The notes below the pieces were generated by a model that ran no database searches, was not told where the DNA came from, and saw only the letters and a program-made list of their open reading frames with translations. Positions 47,083 to 55,975 of a DNA stretch of 59,344 nucleotides are shown piece after piece. The stretch's first letter is position 1, and every line of letters begins with the position of its first letter. The stretch is from Oscillospiraceae bacterium. GTDB taxonomy: Bacteria > Bacillota > Clostridia > Oscillospirales > Ruminococcaceae. The position numbers and the translations under genes are program-made. Location: NCBI GenBank assembly GCA_009782265.1, contig WRJM01000001.1, positions 1 to 59,344 on the forward strand, in the 5' to 3' direction.

Positions 47083-47772
47083 ATGGCAGACGATGTAAAG
47101 AAAGGTTTTATAACCCCGGCAGTTCCCGTGGCAGTTAAGCCCGCAGAAACCGCCGCTCCCGTAGCTCCGGCGGTGAAACCCGCCGTAGCAAAACCCGCCG
47201 AAAAAGCACCCGCAGTAAAAAAAGCTGTTGCAAAAAAACCCGCAGTTAAAAAAGCAACCGCAAAACCCGCCGCAGCAAAACCCGCGGCAAAAAAACCTGT
47301 AGCAAAAAAAGCAGCCGCAAAACCCGCAACTAAAGTTACGGCTAAAAAAGCAACCGCAAAACCCGCAACTAAAGTTGCGGCTAAAAAAGCAGCCGCAAAA
47401 CCCGTAGCTAAAGTTGCAGCAAAAGGCGGCAGGAAAAAGGCTGTTCCCAACATTGATTCTATCACCACGGCTCTTTGGAAGAAAATCGGAAAAGCCAATG
47501 TTAAAAACATGGAAGCACCTATTGCTATCCAAGTGATTATCAACGATTTAGGTACATTCTTTGTGGCAATCAAAGACGACGGCGACGGCAAAAAGCCGCA
47601 CATCATCCAAGCGATTTATGACGACCGCGATGGCACCTTGGAAACATCCTACGACGAGATGATAAAAATCGCAAACGGAAAGTACGACTTCCTGACCGCG
47701 ATTACTAAAGGCACAGTGCGTTATTCCGGCGACATCAGAAAAGCAATTATTCTTGCAGGTTTATTCAAATAA
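47083..47772 (+). CDS. Ala/Lys/Pro-repeat (histone H1-like) protein with SCP2-like C-terminal domain
   Basis: GAAAGGA before MADDV; AKPAAKK repeats; C-terminus AIQV..GTFFVAIK..KIANGKYDFLTAITKGTVRYSGDI. Confidence 0.75.
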   Translation: MADDVKKGFITPAVPVAVKPAETAAPVAPAVKPAVAKPAEKAPAVKKAVAKKPAVKKATAKPAAAKPAAKKPVAKKAAAKPATKVTAKKATAKPATKVAAKKAAAKPVAKVAAKGGRKKAVPNIDSITTALWKKIGKANVKNMEAPIAIQVIINDLGTFFVAIKDDGDGKKPHIIQAIYDDRDGTLETSYDEMIKIANGKYDFLTAITKGTVRYSGDIRKAIILAGLFK

Positions 47773-47787
47773 TGCATTTTATCAGGA

Positions 47788-47822
47788 ATTTACGCGGATT
47801 GCTTTTTGCAGTCCGCGTAAAT
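47788..47822 (+). terminator. Hairpin/terminator
   Basis: atttacgcggattgc/gcagtccgcgtaaat stem. Confidence 0.6.
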
Positions 47823-47838
47823 TTATAAGGAGCATTTT

Positions 47839-48156
47839 ATGTCAAACGATTCATCTTTTCCGAAGCTTGTATTTGAAGCCGTCCGTAAAATCCCGTGCGG
47901 CTTTGTTTCCGCTTACGGCGATATAGCGATTGCGGCGGGCAGACCCCGTGCCGCCCGTATTGTCGGTTACACCCTGCACCGCAACGACGACCCTGTCGAA
48001 ACCCCCTGCCACCGCGTGGTGTTCAAGGACGGCTCGCTTGCTTCCGGATACGTATTCGGCGGCGCGGGCGTTCAGCGCGAAATTTTAGAAAAAGAAGGCG
48101 TTATTTTTACGCCGGAAGGCAAAGTTGATATGAAGAAGTGCAGGTTTTTGCCTTAA
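47839..48156 (+). CDS. MGMT-family alkylguanine repair protein
   Basis: VRKIPCG..YGDIA..PRAARIVG, PCHRVV. Confidence 0.9.
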   Translation: MSNDSSFPKLVFEAVRKIPCGFVSAYGDIAIAAGRPRAARIVGYTLHRNDDPVETPCHRVVFKDGSLASGYVFGGAGVQREILEKEGVIFTPEGKVDMKKCRFLP

Positions 48157-48189
48157 AACTTATATTCAATAATCCAAAGTTCTTATAAA

Positions 48190-48268
48190 TTTATAAAGTT
48201 TTTACGTAAATAATTTTGTTTATAAAGTTTTTACGTAAATAATTTTTGTTTTACAAAATTTTTACAAA
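48190..48268. repeat. 29-30 bp tandem repeat upstream of the iscS promoter
   Basis: tttataaagtttttacgtaaataattttg twice plus a degenerate third copy. Confidence 0.8.
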
Positions 48269-48345
48269 CCCCTTGATATTTATACCAAAATAGTGTACAA
48301 TAAAAGCAGACTACTTTAGTATAAATTAAAAAAGGTCGTGAAATA

Positions 48346-49563
48346 TTGAGTAATTCAAACAATCCAAACGAAATCATCTACTTAGATAACGCCGCCACAA
48401 CCCGTATCAGCCCTGCTGTTCTTAACGCAATACAGCCGTATTTGAATGAGCTTTACGGCAACGCTTCCTCTCTTTATTCGCTCGGCAGAGAAAGCGCAAA
48501 GACTTTGGAAAAAGCGCGTACTGATATTGCAGAAGCAATTCACTGCGAACCGCGTGAAATTTTCTTCACGAGCGGCGGCAGTGAAAGCAACAACTGGGCA
48601 ATCAAAAGCGCGGCAATGCTTATAGCAAAGCAAGGCAAAAAGCATATTATCACCTCCGCTTTTGAACATCACGCGGTTTTGCATGTGCTTGCAGGATTAG
48701 AAAAACAAGGTTTTGAAGTAACAGCTCTGCCTGTTTACAAAGAGGGTATTGTCCGCGTTTCGGACTTGGAAAAAGCCCTTTCAGAACACCCCGACACCGG
48801 ACTTGTTACAATCATGTACGTCAATAACGAAATAGGTACAATCCAGCCGATTTCGGAATTAGCAGAATTATGCCGGACACGCGGTGTTTGGTTTCACACT
48901 GACGCGGTTCAGGCACTCGGCAATATCCCCGTAAACATAGAAAAATTAAATGTTGGTTTTCTCTCGCTTTCAGGGCATAAAGTCCACGCTATGAAAGGCG
49001 TTGGGTTGTTATATGTAAATAAAAAAATCCTTCTTCCCGCTTTGATTGAGGGCGGCGCGCAGGAACGCGGCTTCCGCGCAGGTACGGAAAACATCGCGGG
49101 AATTGCGGGCTTCGCGGCAGCTGTAAAAGAAGCTGTAATCAACATGGAAACCAAAAACGCAAAACTTCTGCCTTTTCGCGAAAAATTATATAACAGTATA
49201 ATGAAACTTGAAAGAGTTCATCTTAACGGCGATTACGAACAGCGGACAATCAATAATCTAAATTTCTCTTTTGAGGGGATTGAGGGGGAAGCCCTGCTTC
49301 TGCATTTAGACTTAGCAGGGATTTGCTGTTCAAGCGGTTCAGCGTGTACTTCGGGTTCGCTTGACCCGTCACATGTATTGCTTGCTTTAGGTTTACCGCA
49401 CGAAATCGCGCACGGTTCACTGCGGATTTCCATGTCGGAATACACCACGGAAGCAGAAATTGACAGGTTTCTTGAAGTTCTGCCCGGGATTGTCAAAAAA
49501 CTGCGGGATATGTCGCCGCTTTGGGAGATTATTAATACTAATCTCTCATTAAAAGCTTTCTAA
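48346..49563 (+). CDS. iscS: Cysteine desulfurase IscS/NifS
   Basis: YLDNAATT, FTSGGSESNN, HTDAVQ, SGHK, SSGSACTSGS. Confidence 0.95.
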   Translation: MSNSNNPNEIIYLDNAATTRISPAVLNAIQPYLNELYGNASSLYSLGRESAKTLEKARTDIAEAIHCEPREIFFTSGGSESNNWAIKSAAMLIAKQGKKHIITSAFEHHAVLHVLAGLEKQGFEVTALPVYKEGIVRVSDLEKALSEHPDTGLVTIMYVNNEIGTIQPISELAELCRTRGVWFHTDAVQALGNIPVNIEKLNVGFLSLSGHKVHAMKGVGLLYVNKKILLPALIEGGAQERGFRAGTENIAGIAGFAAAVKEAVINMETKNAKLLPFREKLYNSIMKLERVHLNGDYEQRTINNLNFSFEGIEGEALLLHLDLAGICCSSGSACTSGSLDPSHVLLALGLPHEIAHGSLRISMSEYTTEAEIDRFLEVLPGIVKKLRDMSPLWEIINTNLSLKAF

Positions 49564-49638
49564 AAAACCCGCACAAAAACCCATAAACTCAAGCTTTTTG
49601 CACGGGTTTTTAAGAGCTTTTATAATCGGGATTAGTAT
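49535..49638. mobile_element. 104-bp MITE-like element, copy B (contains the iscS stop)
   Basis: atactaatctc...gggattagtat; inverted relative to copy A. Confidence 0.75.
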
Positions 49639-49664
49639 AAGAAAAACGAAAGGAACTGAAAATA

Positions 49665-50096
49665 ATGATTTATTCCGAAAGAGTGATGGAGCATTTTGCG
49701 AATCCCCGCAACGTCGGCGAAATTGAAAACGCGGACGGCATAGGGGAGGTCGGGAACGAAAAATGCGGCGATATTATGAAAATGTATCTGAAAATCAATA
49801 ACGGCATTATTGAGGACGTAAAATTTAAAACATTCGGGTGCGGCGCGGCAATCGCCACTTCTTCAATCGCCACCGAAATGATTAAAGGCAAACCGATTGA
49901 CGAAGCCTTGAAAATCACCAATAAGGCTGTGGTTCAGGCATTGGACGGGCTTCCGCCCGCAAAGCTGCATTGTTCTGTTTTAGCGGAACAGGCGGTGAAA
50001 ACCGCCGTCGCCGATTTTTACAAACGGCAGGGCGTTGACCCTACGCCCATTGTAGGCGTGATTGAAGACCGCTGTGAGGACTGTCACGGGCATTAA
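49665..50096 (+). CDS. iscU: Fe-S scaffold IscU/NifU
   Basis: HFANPRNVG, CGD, FKTFGCGAAIA, GLPPAKLHCS. Confidence 0.95.
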   Translation: MIYSERVMEHFANPRNVGEIENADGIGEVGNEKCGDIMKMYLKINNGIIEDVKFKTFGCGAAIATSSIATEMIKGKPIDEALKITNKAVVQALDGLPPAKLHCSVLAEQAVKTAVADFYKRQGVDPTPIVGVIEDRCEDCHGH

Positions 50097-50139
50097 AAAG
50101 CATGAATAAATTTCCTGTTTTTGTTAATAATTAATTGTA

Positions 50140-50243
50140 ATACTAATCCCTCATTAAAAGCTTTCTTATAAATCTGCACAAGAATCCATATATGCAAGAT
50201 TTTTGCACAGATTTATAATAGCTTTTATATTCGGTATTAATAT
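50140..50243. mobile_element. 104-bp MITE-like element, copy C (diverged)
   Basis: atactaatccctcattaaaagctttc..., colinear with copy B. Confidence 0.7.
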
Positions 50244-50271
50244 AATTATTAATGAAATGAGGAATTTATCA

Positions 50272-50607
50272 ATGCCTGCCGCAGTTATCACATCTAAGAA
50301 TTATAAAAAAGAAATTAAACGCTGTAAACTGCCGGTATTGCTGAGTTTTCGGGCAGAAAAGGGTGTTTCTTCATTTCTGCTGAGTAAAACCATTGAAGAA
50401 TTAAGCGAAGAGCTGAACGGAAAAATAAAAGTCGGCGTCGTCAATTCCGAGCCGGACAATTCTGAACTGATTAAAGCATATAATATAAATGTTTTCCCGA
50501 TAACGGTTTTAATTAAAAACGGCGTCGTTACCGAAAGAATCGTAGGAATTCTCGATAAAAAAAGCTTTTTGAAAGTTTTATCACAATTTTTTATTAATAC
50601 GCAATAA
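50272..50607 (+). CDS. Thioredoxin-fold protein lacking CxxC
   Basis: PVLLSFRA, IKVGVVN, YNINVFPI, KNG..ERIVG; GAGG before MPAAV. Confidence 0.75.
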   Translation: MPAAVITSKNYKKEIKRCKLPVLLSFRAEKGVSSFLLSKTIEELSEELNGKIKVGVVNSEPDNSELIKAYNINVFPITVLIKNGVVTERIVGILDKKSFLKVLSQFFINTQ

Positions 50608-50670
50608 ATAAACTTCCGTGATTCTCCCCGCCGCAGGCGGGGAGAATCACGGAAAAAAATATCTGACATT

Positions 50671-51375
50671 TTATTCAAATAAATCTTTGGTTTCCGCTTT
50701 CGGGATTTTCCTGTAAACGCTGACATCGCCGCCGGAAGCATACGTGGCAAGTGAAATATTTTTGACATCATTAAACCCTTGCGTATTTAAAATATCCGTC
50801 AGCCATATTTTATTTTTGCCGATATAATTTAAATTCGTGTCAAGGATTTTCCCGTCTAAAACAACGTTTACCGTAATCCCCTCCTGAGACGGGAACAGGC
50901 TTAAATCCTCCGGCGTGGCGGGTCTTCTTGCCGCTGTCGGAATTACGGAAAGCTGTCCGTTGGCTTCAAGGATAGCCGTTCCTATGTCCGCTAAGTTAAA
51001 AAAACCCGCATTTCTGCACATCATCTGAAATTCTGTTATATCAAGCTTTGCCTTGAACAGGTTCTTTTTATAAAGCTTGCCGTTTTCATAAATAATCAAG
51101 GGCTTGCCCCACAGAAACTGTCTTGCTTTTATAGACTTTATGGAAATCATTGAAATCGAAAAAGCCACAATCCCGTAAACAAGCATGGCAATCAGCGGTT
51201 CAAGCCACCGGTCGCTTATGCTGGTCGCCATTTCCGCCGCTATCGAACCTATGGTAATCCCGTTGATGTAATCAAAAACATTGAGCTGTGAAATCTGCTT
51301 ATTCCCGATGAGTTTTGCGATAACAAACAAAACCGCAAGCGAAAACAGCGACAGGTAAATAATTTTAAATATCAT
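50671..51375 (-). CDS. DUF421/YetF family membrane protein
   Basis: GNKQISQLNVFDYINGITIGSIAA, AILEANGQLSV; start MIFKI. Confidence 0.88.
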   Translation of the reverse strand: MIFKIIYLSLFSLAVLFVIAKLIGNKQISQLNVFDYINGITIGSIAAEMATSISDRWLEPLIAMLVYGIVAFSISMISIKSIKARQFLWGKPLIIYENGKLYKKNLFKAKLDITEFQMMCRNAGFFNLADIGTAILEANGQLSVIPTAARRPATPEDLSLFPSQEGITVNVVLDGKILDTNLNYIGKNKIWLTDILNTQGFNDVKNISLATYASGGDVSVYRKIPKAETKDLFE

Positions 51376-51426
51376 AAGTTTAGTATTTGTTTGACAAAAT
51401 GGAAAATAACTGGTAAAATGTGTAAT

Positions 51427-52308
51427 ATGAAAAAGAATCACAACGCTTTCATTCATATAATTTCATTCATAAAAAAGCTGATTAAAAAACTTGATGATAA
51501 CAAAATCGGGATTTACTCGGCGCAGTCGGCTTTTTTTATTATTATTGCTTTCTTTCCGACTATCATGCTGCTTTTAACCCTGCTTAACTATCTGCCCTTT
51601 TCAGCGGAGCAGATTGAGGATTTTTCAATGGATTTTCTGCCGCCGCAGGTGGAAACCTTTATTGAATCCCTTTTGGATGAAATTTTCCAAAAAGCCTCCG
51701 GTGCGGTTATTTCGGTTGCGACTGTAACCGCGCTCTGGTCGGCTTCACGCGGGCTTCTCGCCGTGATTACGGGATTGAATTCGATTTACGGCGTTGAAGA
51801 AAAGCGCAATTATATCAAACTGCGCCTGATTACCATGCTTTACATGCTTGCATTCATGGCTACTTTAATCATCACGCTTATTATTTTAGTTTTCGGCAGT
51901 GCGATTGCGAGCCGGCTGATTGACTCCGTGCCGGCACTGAGAAACGCGGATTTATTCCTTACTTGGACGCGCTGGCTTTTCGGCTTCTGTTTGCTGATTT
52001 TATTTTTCTGGGCGTTATATTCATTTGCGCCCGGAAGAAAAACCAGTTCAATTATGGAATTCCCCGGTGCGATTATCAGCGCGGGCGGCTGGGTAGGATT
52101 CTCGGCGTTATATTCGTTTTATATTACGAACTTTGCGAATTATTCGTATCTTTACGGTTCGCTGACCGCTGTTGTTCTGCTCATGCTTTGGCTTTACATC
52201 TGCATGAATATTTTATTTTTCGGCGCGCAGGTGAATGTAATCATTCGGAAAGAATATGAGAAGCATAAACGTAAAAAACCCATAAAAGCAAATATAAGGA
52301 GAGTATAA
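51427..52308 (+). CDS. YihY/BrkB family membrane protein
   Basis: SAQSAFF, LWSASRG, YGSLTAVVLLMLWLY; start MKKNH. Confidence 0.9.
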   Translation: MKKNHNAFIHIISFIKKLIKKLDDNKIGIYSAQSAFFIIIAFFPTIMLLLTLLNYLPFSAEQIEDFSMDFLPPQVETFIESLLDEIFQKASGAVISVATVTALWSASRGLLAVITGLNSIYGVEEKRNYIKLRLITMLYMLAFMATLIITLIILVFGSAIASRLIDSVPALRNADLFLTWTRWLFGFCLLILFFWALYSFAPGRKTSSIMEFPGAIISAGGWVGFSALYSFYITNFANYSYLYGSLTAVVLLMLWLYICMNILFFGAQVNVIIRKEYEKHKRKKPIKANIRRV

Positions 52309-52312
52309 AAAA

Positions 52313-53413
52313 ATGAAGCTCGGTATGGTCGGTTTACCCAATGTAGGCAAAAGCACTTTATTCAACGCGCTGACGAACGCCGGCGCGGCGTCCGCAAATT
52401 ATCCTTTCTGCACTATCGAACCGAATGTAGGTGTGGTTAGTGTGCCGGACAGCCGCCTTGACCGTCTTGCGGAAATTTACAAGCCTGACAAATTCACGCC
52501 CGCTTCACTTGAATTTGTAGACATTGCGGGGCTTGTCAAAGGCGCGTCAAAGGGCGAAGGTTTGGGGAATAAATTCCTTGCCGATATTAGAGAGGTTGAC
52601 GCGATTATTCATGTTGTGCGCTGTTTTGAGGACGAGCTGATTATTCACTCGGACGGCTCGGTCAGTGCGAAGCGCGATATTGAAACCATCAACTTAGAAC
52701 TTATTTTTTCGGATTTAGAAATTCTTGAACGCCGGCTTGACAAAGCTAAAAAAATGTCTAAAGCAGGGAAAGAATTTATAAAAGAAGCCGAATTTTTAGA
52801 ACGCTTGATTACTTACATGAGCGACGGAAAAACTGCGCGTTCTTATGAAAATGACGCCGCAGATTATGAGCGTGAAATTATTAAAACCATTCCCCTGCTT
52901 TCCGCAAAACCCGTTATATACGCGGCGAATCTGAATGAAAAGGATTTTTCCGGCGGCTTTGAGAATAACGCGCATTACAAGTTCGTTAAGGAAATCGCGG
53001 ACAGCGAAAACTGCGCCGTTCTGCCCGTCTGCGCCAAAATCGAAGCCGATGTTGCCGAAATGGATGAAGCGGACAGGAAACTGTTCCTTGACGAAATCAA
53101 CGTGACCGAATCGGGATTGGCGCAAATTATAAAGAAAAGCTATGCCCTATTAGGTTTAATTTCGTTTTTAACAGCAGGACCGCAGGAAGTCCGCGCATGG
53201 ACGATTAAGCAAGGCTTTAAAGCCCCGCAGGCGGCGGGCAAAATCCACACAGACTTTGAAAAAGGCTTTATTAAAGCGGAGGTTGCGGCGTTTACCGATG
53301 TTGACGCTTGCGGAAGCGTCAATGCTGCCAAGGAAAAAGGGTTGGTAAAAATTGAGGGCAAAGACTACATAATCCGCGACGGCGACGTGGTGTTTTTCAG
53401 GTTTAACGTGTAG
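52313..53413 (+). CDS. ychF: Ribosome-binding ATPase YchF
   Basis: GLPNVGKSTLFNALT, ANYPFCTIEPN, DIAGLVKGASKGEGLGN. Confidence 0.97.
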   Translation: MKLGMVGLPNVGKSTLFNALTNAGAASANYPFCTIEPNVGVVSVPDSRLDRLAEIYKPDKFTPASLEFVDIAGLVKGASKGEGLGNKFLADIREVDAIIHVVRCFEDELIIHSDGSVSAKRDIETINLELIFSDLEILERRLDKAKKMSKAGKEFIKEAEFLERLITYMSDGKTARSYENDAADYEREIIKTIPLLSAKPVIYAANLNEKDFSGGFENNAHYKFVKEIADSENCAVLPVCAKIEADVAEMDEADRKLFLDEINVTESGLAQIIKKSYALLGLISFLTAGPQEVRAWTIKQGFKAPQAAGKIHTDFEKGFIKAEVAAFTDVDACGSVNAAKEKGLVKIEGKDYIIRDGDVVFFRFNV

Positions 53414-53448
53414 GGGCGCACAGTTTAATTTTTTATCGGTGAGAAAAT

Positions 53449-54192
53449 ATGCAGATTTACAAAAACAAAAACCCCTATTACCGCACGCTTATGGTTTTGT
53501 CCGTGAGCCGGATTTTGCTTTGCGTTCTGCCGGTTTTCGTGCTTGTTTTCCTGCTTTGGAGAATGAAGTCGAAAGACTTCCTTGAAGCGGCATTGTTCGC
53601 TGTGCTTTTGGTGGGAATTATTATTACATACGCCGCTTTGTCGCGCCGTTACAGGATTCTGCTGTCCGGGCATAACGGCGAACGCGCACTGTTAAAAATC
53701 ATCAAGCAGATTCACTGGCACGGCGAAACTGCGGTTTTTACCAACCTTCCCGTTTTTCATAAAAAGAACCATTCGGAAATCGATATGCTTTTAGTGGGTG
53801 AACGCGGGATTTTAATTATTGAAGTGAAAAATCATTCAGGGGTTATTATCGGAGAAGAAAACGACGATTTCTGGGTACAGCGCAAAAAGTTCCGGGAGGG
53901 AAAAAGTATTCAGAAAAAAATGATTAACCCCGTCATTCAGCTCAGAAGACAGCGCGGTATTATTAAAAATCTGCTCCGCGATTATAACTTGGATGTTTGG
54001 GTTGAAAACGCGCTGTTTTTCTCCAATCCGAACGTCAGACTGCGGCTTTCTCTCGGGAAAAGCAACCGCGCTTTTTCTGATAAGGACGAGCTGATTCACT
54101 TCATCAACTTCCAAAAACCGAAAAAGCAGTTAACCAAAGAACAGGTGCGTGTGATTATTGATATTATCAGGGAAATGTCTGATAGCCATTAA
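53449..54192 (+). CDS. NERD-domain (nuclease-related) membrane protein
   Basis: Two TM segments, GHNGE, EIDMLLV, IIEVKNHSG, NPVIQ. Confidence 0.85.
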   Translation: MQIYKNKNPYYRTLMVLSVSRILLCVLPVFVLVFLLWRMKSKDFLEAALFAVLLVGIIITYAALSRRYRILLSGHNGERALLKIIKQIHWHGETAVFTNLPVFHKKNHSEIDMLLVGERGILIIEVKNHSGVIIGEENDDFWVQRKKFREGKSIQKKMINPVIQLRRQRGIIKNLLRDYNLDVWVENALFFSNPNVRLRLSLGKSNRAFSDKDELIHFINFQKPKKQLTKEQVRVIIDIIREMSDSH

Positions 54193-54342
54193 ATATCTCC
54201 GCTATCTTTTGAATGAGTGAATTTTTGGTAAATTTTCCGCCATGAACGGAGTTAGCGAAATTGCCTGTTAGACGTTTTACCTAATTCCTTTTGGTTTATT
54301 TGTACAGTGTAACCAAATTATTTATAAAATCATAAAAACATA

Positions 54343-54489
54343 TTGACAAAAAAGTAAAAAAGTATTATAATGTGAATAACATTAATGACCTCCATTTAAG
54401 TTGTTTTTGTTTTAGTTGTCTCCTTTCTTTTGTTCTACACATTATGCGTTATCTTACTTCCGCCCTTTTTATAAAAGGGGCTTTTTTTT
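54343..54489 (+). ncRNA. Candidate small RNA gene (promoter to terminator)
   Basis: TTGACA-17-TATAAT (54343-54371), ~110-nt pyrimidine-rich body, gccctttt/aaaggggc stem plus T8. Confidence 0.6.
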
Positions 54490-54658
54490 GCTTGTATTTT
54501 TTGCTTATTTTAAAAAACTATGGAAATTTTTGCAAATATGTGTTATACTATTATTCGGGTCGAATATTATTTTTGTGTTTTCCCCGCCGCAGACGGGGAA
54601 AACACAAAAAGATTTCTACTGTTATAATCGTTTAAATTAAAGAAAGGCTTTAAAATAT

Positions 54659-55975
54659 ATGGACAAGCTTCCGAAACGCGAAAAAATAGCGGAGGGCGTG
54701 CATTTCAACACCATTACTGACCCGCGTTATAAATTCAACAGGATTACTGCCGGCTTTTTTGCCCCGCTTGATGAAGAAACCGCGTCGCTGTACGCGCTGA
54801 TTCCGCGTCTGTTTCACAGAGCCAACGCTGATTACCCTAAAAGCAAAGACTTCAATAACTACCTCGCGTCCCTGTATAACGCGAAATCCGGTTATGAAGT
54901 GTTCGGCACCGGCGATACGCAGTTTCTTGGGATATACATGAACTTTATGGACGACAATTATGCGCTTCACGGAGAAAAAATCACCGAAGAAGCAGTGAAG
55001 GCTTTATTTAATTGTGTTTTTAATCAGGCTTGTTCCGAATCGGGAGATGAATTTGCTGATAACGCGGCAGTTGAACTGTGCAAACGTGAGCAAATTGAAG
55101 CGATAGAATCGGAGATTAACGACAAACGAACGTACGCCTCCAATCAGGCGCGCCGGATTCTTTATCAGGGAGAAGCCGCCGCCGTGAATATGCTCGGCGA
55201 TGTTGAAAGAACCCGTGAAATTACGCCGCAAACATTGTTTAAGGCATATCAGAAGCTTTTAAAAAGCGCGGTAATTGAAATCTTCTGCGTAGGCTGTAAT
55301 GACTTTTCCGACGCGCTGAAACAAGCAAAAAAAGAATTTTCCGCGCTTGAACGCGGAAAAATCTATCCTGCCGAATCAGCGTACAGCCCGCTTAAACCGC
55401 AAACCGCCGAAACAACGGAACGGCTTCCCTTATTAAACCAAAGCAAAATGGTGCTGGGTTTCAAAACAGATTTAAAAGGAAAAGAAATCCGACCCGCGAT
55501 TACGCTGATGAGTTTGCTTTACGGCGGAACAATTTCCTCCAAGCTGTTCTTAAACGTCCGCGAAAGGCTTTCGCTCTGTTACTACTGCTGGTCGCAGTTC
55601 AGCGCGAACAAAGGCGTTATGTCCGTATCCTGCGGCGTTGAAGAATCAAAGATTGAGGAAGCCAAAGCGGAAATATTAACACAGCTTGAAAACGTAAAAA
55701 AAGGTGATTTCACGGACGAAGAGCTGAACAGCGCGTTGCTTCACGAACAGAACAGCATTAAAACCACCCGCGACAGCTTAAGTTCGCTGACGTGGTGGTA
55801 CATTTCATTGATTTACATGAAAGATATTAAATCCGCTGCTGAAATTTTATCGGATTTTGAAAAAGTTACGCGGGAAGATATAATTAAAACCGCGAATTCT
55901 ATGAAATTAGATACATTTTATGTGCTGTCGGGTCTTGAATCTAATGATGAGGAGATGATAAACGAAGATGAATAA
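54659..55975 (+). CDS. M16 peptidase-like protein without zinc motif (YmfF-like)
   Basis: SKLFLNVRERLSLCYY; no HxxEH; paired with an HxxEH partner. Confidence 0.85.
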   Translation: MDKLPKREKIAEGVHFNTITDPRYKFNRITAGFFAPLDEETASLYALIPRLFHRANADYPKSKDFNNYLASLYNAKSGYEVFGTGDTQFLGIYMNFMDDNYALHGEKITEEAVKALFNCVFNQACSESGDEFADNAAVELCKREQIEAIESEINDKRTYASNQARRILYQGEAAAVNMLGDVERTREITPQTLFKAYQKLLKSAVIEIFCVGCNDFSDALKQAKKEFSALERGKIYPAESAYSPLKPQTAETTERLPLLNQSKMVLGFKTDLKGKEIRPAITLMSLLYGGTISSKLFLNVRERLSLCYYCWSQFSANKGVMSVSCGVEESKIEEAKAEILTQLENVKKGDFTDEELNSALLHEQNSIKTTRDSLSSLTWWYISLIYMKDIKSAAEILSDFEKVTREDIIKTANSMKLDTFYVLSGLESNDEEMINEDE

